A stretch of DNA of 64,000 nucleotides from an uncultured Gammaproteobacteria bacterium (GTDB lineage Bacteria; Pseudomonadota; Gammaproteobacteria; Eutrophobiales; Eutrophobiaceae). The translations under genes and the position numbers were made by a program. The stretch spans positions 107,939-171,938 of the forward strand of contig CAXBLT010000004.1 of the NCBI GenBank assembly GCA_963976795.1, written 5' to 3'. Below are positions 11,708 to 20,730 of this stretch, piece by piece; positions within the stretch are counted from its first letter, which is position 1; each line of letters opens with the position of its first letter. Below the pieces are notes generated by a model. It saw only the letters and a list, made by a program, of their open reading frames with translations, did no database searches and was not told the origin of the DNA.

Positions 11708-11875
11708 CTAAATTAATTCAAGACGTTTTTTACTTGAATTTATAATCACCATCTTTTGTTTATCACTGACATTGTTCCAATCTGATATCTCATCAATTAC
11801 TCTCCCACAACCGATACAAATACCATCCTTATTTAAAGTGCACTTGTCGATGCATGGTGAAACAATTTCCTCCAC
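11708..11875 (-). CDS. Small Cys-rich DUF1289 (YdhL-like) protein, absent from the ORF track
   Basis: Manually translated 55 aa MEEIVSPCIDKCTLNKDGICIGCGRVIDEISDW...; SPC-x3-C...C-x-GC-x-R-x3-EI-x2-W signature; GTG start abuts the TAA of the upstream synthetase. Confidence 0.8.
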   Translation of the reverse strand: MEEIVSPCIDKCTLNKDGICIGCGRVIDEISDWNNVSDKQKMVIINSSKKRLELI

Positions 11876-13507
11876 TTACTTACCTTCTTCGGTCCTGAGT
11901 TCAATACGGCGAATCTTGCCAGATACTGTTTTAGGCAATGTTTCTCGATACTCGATCTCACGCGGATATTTATACGGTGCAGTTATTTTTTTCATGAATT
12001 CCTGAAGCTCTTTCGTTAAAGCTTCGCTCGCTTCATAATTTGGGGCAAGCACGATAAAAGCTTTAACGATCTCTCCGCGGATTTCGTCTGGTTTACCTAT
12101 GGCGGCTGACTCTTGAACCGCAGGATGTTCTAGCAGAGCGCTTTCAACCTCAAATGGACTGATTCGATAGCCAGATGATGTTATGACATCATCTGAACGA
12201 CCAACAAACCAGAAATAACCATCTGCATCGATCGTTCCGGTGTCTCCCGTGTAATACCATCCATGTTTGAAAACCCTTTTTGTTGCTTCGTCATCTTCCC
12301 AGTAACCTGCAAACATACCTGGTTGCAGGGGGGCAGTAATGCGTATAGCGATATGTCCAATGGAGTTGATTTCAACCGGATTACCATCTTCATCAACAAT
12401 CTGTACATCAACTCCTGGGACGGGCTTACCCATCGAGCCTGGCTTGACTGATAGAACGGGATAATTGGCGACGATGTTAATTGTTTCAGTTTGACCATAA
12501 CCATCATAGATGTTCGAACCGGTTGCTTCACGCCAAACTTTGATTACCTCTGGATTAAGTGGTTCTCCAGCGCCAATCGCATGACGAATTGAACTCAAAT
12601 TGAATTGAGAAAGATTCATCTGCGCAAAGACACGATAAACTGTAGGCGGTGCACAAAAAGTAGTGACAGCTAGTTTTTCAATCAAATTCAAATGTAGCTC
12701 AGCGTCAAACTTTTCGCCATTGTGCAGCACCATAGTCGCGCCCATTTGCCAGGGAGCAAATAACATACCCCATGCTGCCTTGGCCCAGCCAGTATCCGAA
12801 ACTGTCCAGTGCACATCATCTGCATCAAGATCCATCCAGTAACGACCGGTAATCTTATGGGCAAATGCATAAGATTGATCTCGAGGAACCATCTTCGGCA
12901 TGCCTGTTGTGCCAGAGGTAAAGTAGATAATCATCAGATCAGATGAACGACTCGGTTCGAGTTTCGATTTATCAAGAACGCCGGAAGATGCAGAGGTTAT
13001 TTCTGAATATGTCAACCAACCTTCTCTTGGTTCACCTATGACAATAAACGTTTCCAGAGTAGGGCATTGATGTCGAATTTCATCAACTTTATCAGCATTC
13101 TCTGAGTTCACAATAACCAACTTTGCCTTCGAAATATTGATACGGTATTCAATATCTTTTGCAGTTAGAAGGTTAGTCCCCGGCATGGTCACGACACCTA
13201 ATTTACAACAGCCAATCATGATGAAATACCATTCAGGGATGCGCGGCAACATAACAAAGGCAAAATCACCTTTTTGTGTGTCTGTTGAAAGGAGAGCGTT
13301 TGCAAACTGATTGGAAGCTAAATCAAGATCGCTAAACGCATAATGTTTGATGCTTTCGCCTGGTCCATCGACAGCTATAAAAGCGGTCTTGTCTTGTTCT
13401 ATCGCTCGTTTTTCAATGACATCAAAACCAAAATTATAGAATTCAGGAACCTTTAGTTCTAGCTGACTCTTGATTTCATCATAATCTCGCATTTCAGGTA
13501 ATTGCAT
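11876..13507 (-). CDS. Short/medium-chain acyl-CoA synthetase (ACSM-like)
   Basis: YFTSGTTGMPK, DTGWAK, AGEPLNPE, DGYGQTET, GRSDDVI, PKTVSGKI-x-R. Confidence 0.9.
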   Translation of the reverse strand: MQLPEMRDYDEIKSQLELKVPEFYNFGFDVIEKRAIEQDKTAFIAVDGPGESIKHYAFSDLDLASNQFANALLSTDTQKGDFAFVMLPRIPEWYFIMIGCCKLGVVTMPGTNLLTAKDIEYRINISKAKLVIVNSENADKVDEIRHQCPTLETFIVIGEPREGWLTYSEITSASSGVLDKSKLEPSRSSDLMIIYFTSGTTGMPKMVPRDQSYAFAHKITGRYWMDLDADDVHWTVSDTGWAKAAWGMLFAPWQMGATMVLHNGEKFDAELHLNLIEKLAVTTFCAPPTVYRVFAQMNLSQFNLSSIRHAIGAGEPLNPEVIKVWREATGSNIYDGYGQTETINIVANYPVLSVKPGSMGKPVPGVDVQIVDEDGNPVEINSIGHIAIRITAPLQPGMFAGYWEDDEATKRVFKHGWYYTGDTGTIDADGYFWFVGRSDDVITSSGYRISPFEVESALLEHPAVQESAAIGKPDEIRGEIVKAFIVLAPNYEASEALTKELQEFMKKITAPYKYPREIEYRETLPKTVSGKIRRIELRTEEGK

Positions 13508-13548
13508 TGTTTATTCTCACGTAATGTTTTCGTTGATTGGATATATAA

Positions 13549-14223
13549 TTAATTTATTAATTCTGGTATCGGTACAGGCATAAGGAGTGTTTCCATTGTG
13601 CGTTTGAGTCCTTTATGCAGTTCTTCGATTTCATTCATTGAATCAGGGCTGACCAACCATTGATAAACGATGCCAACCAGGGCGGAGCAAAATTGCGCTG
13701 CGACAGCTTCTATATCGTTAACATGAATAGTAATCATTTTTGTTTTTATACCCCGATGAATCCACTCAATCACATCACGTTGCCGGCGCTGATGAATTGC
13801 GGCAATAACTTCTTTTGTTTCAGAACCCGGGGTGATAGATTCAAACCAGAGAATATAAAATGCGCGCACATGATCTGGTGCCTCCAGACAAAAGCGGTAA
13901 TGGGCATCGGTGGCTGCTCGGATTGCCTGAATACCGAATTTTCCTTCGGTTACTTTTTTCAATTCCTGTAACCACTCTTCGCTAATAGCATGAACGACAA
14001 AACTGAATAGCCCCTGCTTTGAACCAAATCGATATCCTGCTAAACCTCTACTATAGCCAGCAATTTCACCAACTTCTTTTAGGGTGGTTTTTTCAGTACC
14101 ACGCTCGATGATTAATTTGATTGCAGCTTCCAACATACGTTTATCTGACAATGCGGTGCGTTCCGTTTGTGAGAGTGAAGTCTGTTTTGGATTGATAACC
14201 TTTTTATGGGCAGTTTTTGACAT
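13549..14223 (-). CDS. TetR/AcrR family transcriptional regulator
   Basis: N-terminal HTH (RMLEAAIKLI...TTLKEVGEIAGYSRGLAGYRFGSK); ATG at 14223 preferred over the ORF-track start at 14259. Confidence 0.85.
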   Translation of the reverse strand: MSKTAHKKVINPKQTSLSQTERTALSDKRMLEAAIKLIIERGTEKTTLKEVGEIAGYSRGLAGYRFGSKQGLFSFVVHAISEEWLQELKKVTEGKFGIQAIRAATDAHYRFCLEAPDHVRAFYILWFESITPGSETKEVIAAIHQRRQRDVIEWIHRGIKTKMITIHVNDIEAVAAQFCSALVGIVYQWLVSPDSMNEIEELHKGLKRTMETLLMPVPIPELIN

Positions 14224-14280
14224 AACGTCACAGTATATATACTTGTTTGCGACAAGCAAGTGTATATACTGTGACGTTAT
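14222..14280. promoter_or_regulatory. 59-bp palindrome containing mirrored divergent sigma70-like promoters and a probable TetR operator
   Basis: 28-bp arms (26 Watson-Crick pairs, 2 mismatches) around a CGA centre; TTGTTT-N16-TATACT on +, TTGCTT-N16-TATACT on -. Confidence 0.7.
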
Positions 14281-14302
14281 TTAATTTATTTTTTAACATT
14301 AA

Positions 14303-14980
14303 TTGAGAAACCAAATGAATATAACTGAGATTATACGTGATCGCATTTCAACTCGTGCCTATGTCAACAAAATGGTTTCCAGAGAAACTATTACACATAT
14401 TCTCGACACAGCTCGCTGGAGTCCCTCAGGCACTAACACACAACCATGGAAGGTGGTCGTTGTACAAGGCGAGACCAAGCAAGCGATAAGCAACGCGCTT
14501 CTGAATGCTCAAAAGCAGGGTGTTAAGCCCAACCCCGATTATGATTATTATCCAACCGAATGGGTAGAACCATTTAAAAGTCGTCGGTTTGAATGTGGTA
14601 TGGCATTGTACAAGGCATTGGAAATTGGTCGTGAAGATAAGGAAAAAAGACTAGAGGCCGCATTGGCGAATTATCGTTTCTTTGGCGCACCAGTCAGTCT
14701 TTTTTTCTTCATTGATAAAGTAATGCAACAAGGATCCTGGTTTGATATGGGTATGTTTTTACAAAGCGTGATGTTAGCGGCGGAAGAACAGGGACTCGGT
14801 AGTTGTCCACAGGCGTCTACCAGTGATTATCCTGATTTGGTGAGGGAAATTTTAAGTGTTTCAGATCAATTTTCCCTGATATGCGGTCTTTCTTTGGGCT
14901 ACCCAGACACTGAGAATCCAGTAAATAATTATCGTACCAGTCGGGAAGAGGTCGATACCTTTACCACATGGTTTGATTAA
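14303..14980 (+). CDS. Nitroreductase family protein (NfnB-like)
   Basis: R-x-S-x-R, ARWSPSGTNTQPW, D-x-GMFLQSVML-x-A, GLGSCPQ, LGYPD; ATG at 14315 is an alternative start. Confidence 0.85.
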   Translation: MRNQMNITEIIRDRISTRAYVNKMVSRETITHILDTARWSPSGTNTQPWKVVVVQGETKQAISNALLNAQKQGVKPNPDYDYYPTEWVEPFKSRRFECGMALYKALEIGREDKEKRLEAALANYRFFGAPVSLFFFIDKVMQQGSWFDMGMFLQSVMLAAEEQGLGSCPQASTSDYPDLVREILSVSDQFSLICGLSLGYPDTENPVNNYRTSREEVDTFTTWFD

Positions 14981-15047
14981 CTATGTATATCGAATTAGTG
15001 TTCAGCGAGGGTACTTGAGTCGGGCAACGCAAATAGGGTGGTTATTT

Positions 15048-15884
15048 TTATTTTAACTCAACCAAAGGAATATCATGCTCATTCGCCCAGCTGACCCACT
15101 CTGTGGCAGTACGCGTTTTCATTTTTTCCGCTAAAATCGCTTTTGTCAGGGATTCCAGTTCCAGTTTTTCCTGTAATCGCTTGCGAAAATGAGGTTCAAG
15201 TGCAGCAATGGCTACCCAACCGGACTTTGTTTCATATAGAAAATACTCAGGAAGTTCACCAGCCAGAAGCGCGCCGTCACTGGTCAATCCGTATTTTATT
15301 GGTTGAGCCATGTATTCCACCGCATCTGAAAGCGCGACCAGTCGCTGTTCCCCTTGCTGCCCCGCTTTCCGCCCCATTAATAGCGCAAGCGACTGAATTG
15401 TTGTTTGTTCAGCCCCGGCTAGATCCGCAATCAGTGTTTTTGGCATATTAGGTGGGATAATTAATCCTTGGGTTGCTTGATAAGTCAAATCATGACCAGC
15501 ATGTTCTTCCATTGGTGAGGGATAACCGACAATGGCAACATTATTCAATTGAGGATGACATTTATGTAATGTTTCCCAATCCAGATTCAGTCTTTTTAAT
15601 GCAGCAGGTCGTTGGGCAGTTAATAATAGGTCTGCTTCGGACAATAATTCGGCAAGTTCTGTTTGTCCTTCGCCTGATTTTAAATCGATCATCAGACATT
15701 GTTGTCCGTCTTTCATATCTCGGTACCATTCTGCACAATATTGCGCAAAAGGATCACCCGATGGCGGTTCAATTTTGATGACGGTAGCACCTAATTCACA
15801 GAGGCGTTGTGCGGCAAGTGGGCCGGGCAAGTTTAGCGCGAGTGTCACAACCCGCATATCGGTTAATGGTTTATATATAGTCAT
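15048..15884 (-). CDS. Short CaiB/BaiF family III CoA-transferase / acyl-CoA racemase-like protein
   Basis: NLPGP-x-A, LGA-x-VIKIEPP-x-GDP, DLKS, AGHDLTYQA, AIAALEPHF. Confidence 0.85.
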   Translation of the reverse strand: MTIYKPLTDMRVVTLALNLPGPLAAQRLCELGATVIKIEPPSGDPFAQYCAEWYRDMKDGQQCLMIDLKSGEGQTELAELLSEADLLLTAQRPAALKRLNLDWETLHKCHPQLNNVAIVGYPSPMEEHAGHDLTYQATQGLIIPPNMPKTLIADLAGAEQTTIQSLALLMGRKAGQQGEQRLVALSDAVEYMAQPIKYGLTSDGALLAGELPEYFLYETKSGWVAIAALEPHFRKRLQEKLELESLTKAILAEKMKTRTATEWVSWANEHDIPLVELK

Positions 15885-16123
15885 AATGAGTTGAAGAATC
15901 TACTATTTGTCATATTTAGTAAATAACGTAACGAGATTTTTTGCTCCTGCTATCGTCAAATTGGTGGTACATATTTCTGAGCAACATTTTCCTTAATGAC
16001 TGTGAGGTTTTAAAATGGATAGTGTTAAGCAACGGCATTGTTAGCGGTTCTAGGAAAAGTATGACAGCACACTATACATGAATAAGAAAATGTAACACAT
16101 TGAATATAAAAGAATATTTTTGG

Positions 16124-16289
16124 TGTCGTATAAATACAACAACTTAACTTCGTTTTCTTGCTGTCTACATAAAAGTCAATATAATCCAAGCAATGCTAAT
16201 ACATATACAATACAGGTGCTTAGCAAACAGATTGTTGTATAAATGATACTTTTTTGTAGGATTCTCCAGTATGTTGTAAAAAAATCAAA
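16124..16289. promoter_or_regulatory. Three related TGTYGTAWAAA boxes upstream of the porin gene
   Basis: TGTCGTATAAATACAACA (16124-16141, quasi-palindromic), TGTTGTATAAATGATACT (16233-16250), TGTTGTAAAAAAATCAAA (16272-16289). Confidence 0.45.
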
Positions 16290-16487
16290 TAATGTTTGCA
16301 AGGCATGGAATTCTGTAGTAATTTCGCGTTTATCTTATCAATGGCTTCTATAGAGCTGTGTAAGGTATAGCTTCAAAAGACTTGTGGAATCTAAAATGTT
16401 AGGGGAAACGAGGCTGGGGAGGCCGATTTTTATCTCTAGAGATGTAAATTATAAATAAATTGTATTTTCTTAAGGAGGATATACAAC

Positions 16488-17759
16488 GTGAATAAAACAA
16501 TTAAAGGGGCTTGTCTTGTTGCTGCGACTGCAATGCTTCCACTATCACAAGCAGCGACAGCCGGGGAAGTGAATATCTCAGGTTGGATTAACGAAAGCAT
16601 GATGTATTACGATGATGGTCAAGGTAGTGATATCGTTCAGTCTGTTGATAATGGTACGACACTGAATAGTCGTCTCAGCTTTACCGGTAGTCATGAATTG
16701 CCGAACACAGGCTCAAAGGCCGGATTCGAAATCACCATCGAGCCAAACAGTGGTTTAAATGGTAACAATGCTTTCGGTAACAGTAACTCTCCGCTTGCCA
16801 CAAGTCCTAGCGGCGCGCTAACGGGTTTATCAGGAGGAGCGTTTGGCGATACCAACGGATTTGGTTCCGATGTTGGATTACTGGCCAGCAATCTTTGGCT
16901 CGGTGGTGCCTGGGGTAAGGTGACCATGGGTACGCAAAGTATGCCGACTGATAATATCGCGGTACTGGAAGATCCTTCCGTGACCTTGTGGACTAACGTT
17001 GCCCCCGTGTTCCGTGGAGGTTTCTTCGCAATTCAGGGCTTAACAGGCGCTGCGGCCGGACAAAGTTATCAAAGCTTTTTACAATGTCTAGGTGTAAACG
17101 GAGCGGGTCTTGGCATAGATTGTAATGGTGTTTATCGTAACGGTCTTCGTTATGACCTGCCTACCTTTGCTGGAGTCGATATTGCTGTTGGTTATGCCAA
17201 TGATGATATCTATGACATCGCCGCTAAATACAAAACCACCCTCGCCGGTTTGAATGCTAGTCTGGCGGTAGGTTATAGCATCAACCAAGGTAGTGCTGGC
17301 GTTGGTGCAACCGAAGCTGAGACCTTCCAGACGGCAGTAGGCTTGATGGATCCGGGTACCGGTATTTTTGGTTCATTCTCTTATCAACATGAAGATGGTG
17401 AAGGTGCTGCTGCTGGTGCCGGTGATGACACCGCTGCCTATTATGTAAAGGTGGGTATCAAGAGAGCATTTAACAGCCTTGGTGATACCTCTATTCATTT
17501 CGCTTATGGCAGTTATAACGACCAGTTCGGCACCACCAACGCCGGTGCCACTTCTTTCGGAGCTACTGATGTTACCGGTTCTGAAATCGAGCGTTTCGCT
17601 TTCGGTGTGACCCAGTACTTCGGTGCTGCTTTCCAGATCTACGGTAACTGGGAACAGTTGGATTTGGATGTTGATTGTACCAGTTTAGCATGTACGAATG
17701 CTTATGCCGGTGCAGAAGAACTCGACATGTTCAACTTGGGTGCAGTCTACTTCTTCTAA
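16488..17759 (+). CDS. Outer-membrane porin
   Basis: Signal peptide, SRLSFTG, G-K-V-T-M-G strands, C-terminal aromatic (GAVYFF); strong RBS TAAGGAGG. Confidence 0.85.
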   Translation: MNKTIKGACLVAATAMLPLSQAATAGEVNISGWINESMMYYDDGQGSDIVQSVDNGTTLNSRLSFTGSHELPNTGSKAGFEITIEPNSGLNGNNAFGNSNSPLATSPSGALTGLSGGAFGDTNGFGSDVGLLASNLWLGGAWGKVTMGTQSMPTDNIAVLEDPSVTLWTNVAPVFRGGFFAIQGLTGAAAGQSYQSFLQCLGVNGAGLGIDCNGVYRNGLRYDLPTFAGVDIAVGYANDDIYDIAAKYKTTLAGLNASLAVGYSINQGSAGVGATEAETFQTAVGLMDPGTGIFGSFSYQHEDGEGAAAGAGDDTAAYYVKVGIKRAFNSLGDTSIHFAYGSYNDQFGTTNAGATSFGATDVTGSEIERFAFGVTQYFGAAFQIYGNWEQLDLDVDCTSLACTNAYAGAEELDMFNLGAVYFF

Positions 17760-17801
17760 GTCTTTATCAGGAAGAAATAAGGCAGCTTTATAGCTGTACA
17801 T

Positions 17802-17828
17802 AAAAGGGCCTCTTCGGAGGCCTTTTTT
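17802..17828 (+). terminator. Rho-independent terminator after the porin gene
   Basis: AAAAG-GGCCTC-TTCG-GAGGCC-TTTTTT; UUCG tetraloop hairpin followed by a U-tract. Confidence 0.9.
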
Positions 17829-17976
17829 ATTTGTTTATTATAAAGACAAAAGCCTTAAGGCTTTCTCTTAGCAAAGATTTCATTAGATGTCTATTTGTTG
17901 TAAACTTCCTGCCGATTAAACACTCAAAGAGTGTACATTTTCTAATTCCAGTAAGGTCACAGAAGCAATTCTCCGT

Positions 17977-18921
17977 ATGATGAAATTATTTAAATACCAA
18001 ATTTTTACCTTGTCTTTTGCCATTTTTTTTTCCAGCGCGATTTTCGCAGCGGGACTTTTTGATAAAGAAGAAGGGGTTCTTTGGGAAGCGGGATATAATC
18101 ATGTCATTAAATACGACAAACAAGATTCCACCAGTTTTGGTAAAAACGATCACCCCGTTGATCTGGCTGAAAAAGATATCATTGCTGCATTAAAGTCACT
18201 GGAATTCAAGGATAAAGGCTTGCTATCAGGCGAAACGATAGATTCCGTCTTTAGCTATCGGCAAATAGTATTGCTTGGCGAATATCTTGCGAAAGGCTTG
18301 AAAAATGCAGCACCGGAGCAGGATATTATTTTTGTCTTGCCCGGCTCAAGTAAATCATTACTTATCTTAACCAAGAGGTCATTTATTGCCGGCCGTGCAT
18401 TTTATAAAGAAGGCAAACTTAATATTATTATTGGCGAATATGACCTGACTCGAAACGATGCAGTTGAAAAGGTCATCGATCCTTCTGATAAGGGTCGGAT
18501 AAATTACTCTTTCAATCACGGCAAGCGTTCAACAAAATCGAATCGTTTTAAAGGTAATATTATTGGTATTCCCGGTGTTACGCAAAATAGTGCAAAAGGA
18601 AAACTACGTCACGACTGGCTCATCATAGATGTGAACCTCGCCGCAGAAGCCTATATGGCCAAAATAAAGCATGAAGAAAATCCCAACTTAAAACAAGAAC
18701 AGGCCTTACAGCTTGAAGCAGCGAAGATGGCTAAGCAACGTCGCGAAATGCGCGCTGAAATGGCCCGCATGCGAAAGGATATGAATAAGCAAAATAATGC
18801 TGCTTCTACAACTAGAAGTATTGAGGAGCGAATTACAACATTAGATGAGTTGCTCGCAAAAGAATTAATCTCTAAAGATGAATATACTGTAAAAAGAAAA
18901 GAAATACTGAATGATATATAA
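17977..18921 (+). CDS. Exported protein with C-terminal coiled coil and SHOCT domain
   Basis: Signal peptide; C-terminal EERI-x2-L-x2-L-x4-LIS-x2-EY-x2-KRKEIL SHOCT motif. Confidence 0.7.
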   Translation: MMKLFKYQIFTLSFAIFFSSAIFAAGLFDKEEGVLWEAGYNHVIKYDKQDSTSFGKNDHPVDLAEKDIIAALKSLEFKDKGLLSGETIDSVFSYRQIVLLGEYLAKGLKNAAPEQDIIFVLPGSSKSLLILTKRSFIAGRAFYKEGKLNIIIGEYDLTRNDAVEKVIDPSDKGRINYSFNHGKRSTKSNRFKGNIIGIPGVTQNSAKGKLRHDWLIIDVNLAAEAYMAKIKHEENPNLKQEQALQLEAAKMAKQRREMRAEMARMRKDMNKQNNAASTTRSIEERITTLDELLAKELISKDEYTVKRKEILNDI

Positions 18922-18948
18922 GCAATTTAATTATTAATTCTATTTGAA

Positions 18949-19899
18949 TTGAAAACACTTTATCCTGAAATAGAGCCTTTTAAATCAGGTTATCTAAAAA
19001 CAAATTCATCACACCAAATTTATTATGAACAGGTGGGCAATCCAGATGCGCCAGCTGTAATATTTCTCCATGGTGGACCGGGCTCAGGTTGTAATGAGAA
19101 TCACCGTCGCTATTTTAATCCAGATAAGTATAGAATAATTTTATTCGATCAGCGTGGAAGCAACCGATCAACACCAAATGGTCATGTTGAAAATAATTCA
19201 ACACAGGATATTCTCAATGATATTGAAGCCATACGAAAAACGTTAAATATTAATAAGTGGTGTTTGTTCGGTGGTTCATGGGGAGCTACTTTGGCACTGC
19301 TCTATGCAGAACAATATCCACAGCATGTTGAAGGCATTATTCTGCGAGGCACCTTTTTAGCAAGACAATGTGATTTTGACTGGTTTGCAAAGTCGGGAGT
19401 AAATAAAATTTTTCCTGAATATTGGCATGAATTTGTCACGCTCTTTGGTGAAGCTGAAAAGAAAGATTTATTAGGTGCGTTGTACCAACGTATTTTTTCC
19501 GACAATCAAGAAATACAACAGGAGGCCGCGAAGGCATGGGCTTTATGGGCGGGCAGGGTTGTCACCCATAGTTTTGTTGAAGATTACGTGCTTGATGCTG
19601 AAGATATCAATAAGTTAATCAACGAAACTAAGATAGAAATGCATTACGCCAAGAATAAGTATTTTATTAAAGAAAACCAAATTATAGATAATATTTCACA
19701 GATACCGGATGTGCCCATTTGCATAATCCATGGGCGCAAGGATCTTACCTGTCTTCCTGAATCATCCTGGTTTGTGCATCAAGCGCTTGGAGTTTCAGAT
19801 CTAGTTATTGTTTCTGCCGCAGGGCATTTAGCAGGTGAGCCTGCAATGATAGATGCACTAATAACAGCAACAGATCAAATGATTGGCAGCATTAGATGA
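18949..19899 (+). CDS. pip: Proline iminopeptidase
   Basis: LYPEIEP, HGGPGSG, FDQRG, GGSWG nucleophile, LRG-x-F, AGH. Confidence 0.93.
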   Translation: MKTLYPEIEPFKSGYLKTNSSHQIYYEQVGNPDAPAVIFLHGGPGSGCNENHRRYFNPDKYRIILFDQRGSNRSTPNGHVENNSTQDILNDIEAIRKTLNINKWCLFGGSWGATLALLYAEQYPQHVEGIILRGTFLARQCDFDWFAKSGVNKIFPEYWHEFVTLFGEAEKKDLLGALYQRIFSDNQEIQQEAAKAWALWAGRVVTHSFVEDYVLDAEDINKLINETKIEMHYAKNKYFIKENQIIDNISQIPDVPICIIHGRKDLTCLPESSWFVHQALGVSDLVIVSAAGHLAGEPAMIDALITATDQMIGSIR

Positions 19900-20717
19900 G
19901 CATTCTGCATCGTGATGGACCATTAATCATGGGCATACTTAATGTCACTCCTGATAGTTTTTCTGATGGTGGCCAATTTAATAATATTGCAGCTGCAATT
20001 AATCATGGTAAACGGATGATTGATGAAGGTGCTGATATTATTGATATAGGGGGAGAATCAACGCGACCTGGTTCTAAACGCGTTAGTGTTGAAGAGCAGA
20101 TTAAAAGAGTAGTGCCTATTATAAATGCTATTAGCGAGACACTACCTAGTCATGTTGAAATCAGTATCGATACTACGCAGTCTAAAGTAGCGGATGCAGC
20201 GCTTAGCGCAGGTGCTTCTATCGTTAATGATGTATCTGGCGGTAACGATGATGCTGAGATTCTTAAGTTATGCGCAGATAAGAAATGCCCTTATATTCTT
20301 ATGCATATGTTGGGTTCTCCTGAAACAATGCAGTCTGATCCAGTTTATAATGATGTTGTTTCAGATATAAAATTGTTCTTGGAAGCCAGAGCAGAAGATT
20401 GTGTAAAAGCTGGTATTGATAAGGATAATATTGTCATCGACCCCGGTATTGGTTTTGGTAAGACGCGTGAGCATAATTTAGTTTTGTTGAAAAATTTGCA
20501 ATTGTTTGTAGATACTGAGTATTCAGTTTTATTAGGAACCAGCCGCAAACGATTCATGGGTAGCATATGCTCTGTCAATACAGCCGAGGAGTTGATAGGT
20601 GCGACGGCTGCAACAACAACGTTAGGTGTTCAAGCCGGTGTTAAAATATTTCGAGTTCATGATGTAAAACCAAATAGACAAGCAGCAGATGTTGCTTGGG
20701 CTATTTCAAATAGTTGA
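19896..20717 (+). CDS. folP: Dihydropteroate synthase
   Basis: GILNVTPDSFSDGG, DIGGESTRPG, DPGIGFGK, SRKRF, RVHDV. Confidence 0.95.
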   Translation: MSILHRDGPLIMGILNVTPDSFSDGGQFNNIAAAINHGKRMIDEGADIIDIGGESTRPGSKRVSVEEQIKRVVPIINAISETLPSHVEISIDTTQSKVADAALSAGASIVNDVSGGNDDAEILKLCADKKCPYILMHMLGSPETMQSDPVYNDVVSDIKLFLEARAEDCVKAGIDKDNIVIDPGIGFGKTREHNLVLLKNLQLFVDTEYSVLLGTSRKRFMGSICSVNTAEELIGATAATTTLGVQAGVKIFRVHDVKPNRQAADVAWAISNS

Positions 20718-20730
20718 GACAAGCTGACTC

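Noticed and set aside
13508-13548. Cobalamin riboswitch upstream of the icmF operon
   Set aside because: Intergenic gaps are too short and no B12-box was seen
14303-14980. Nitroreductase as BluB (B12 lower-ligand synthase) because it is near icmF
   Set aside because: Motifs fit the NfnB-like group (SPSGTNTQPW) rather than BluB; no support beyond proximity
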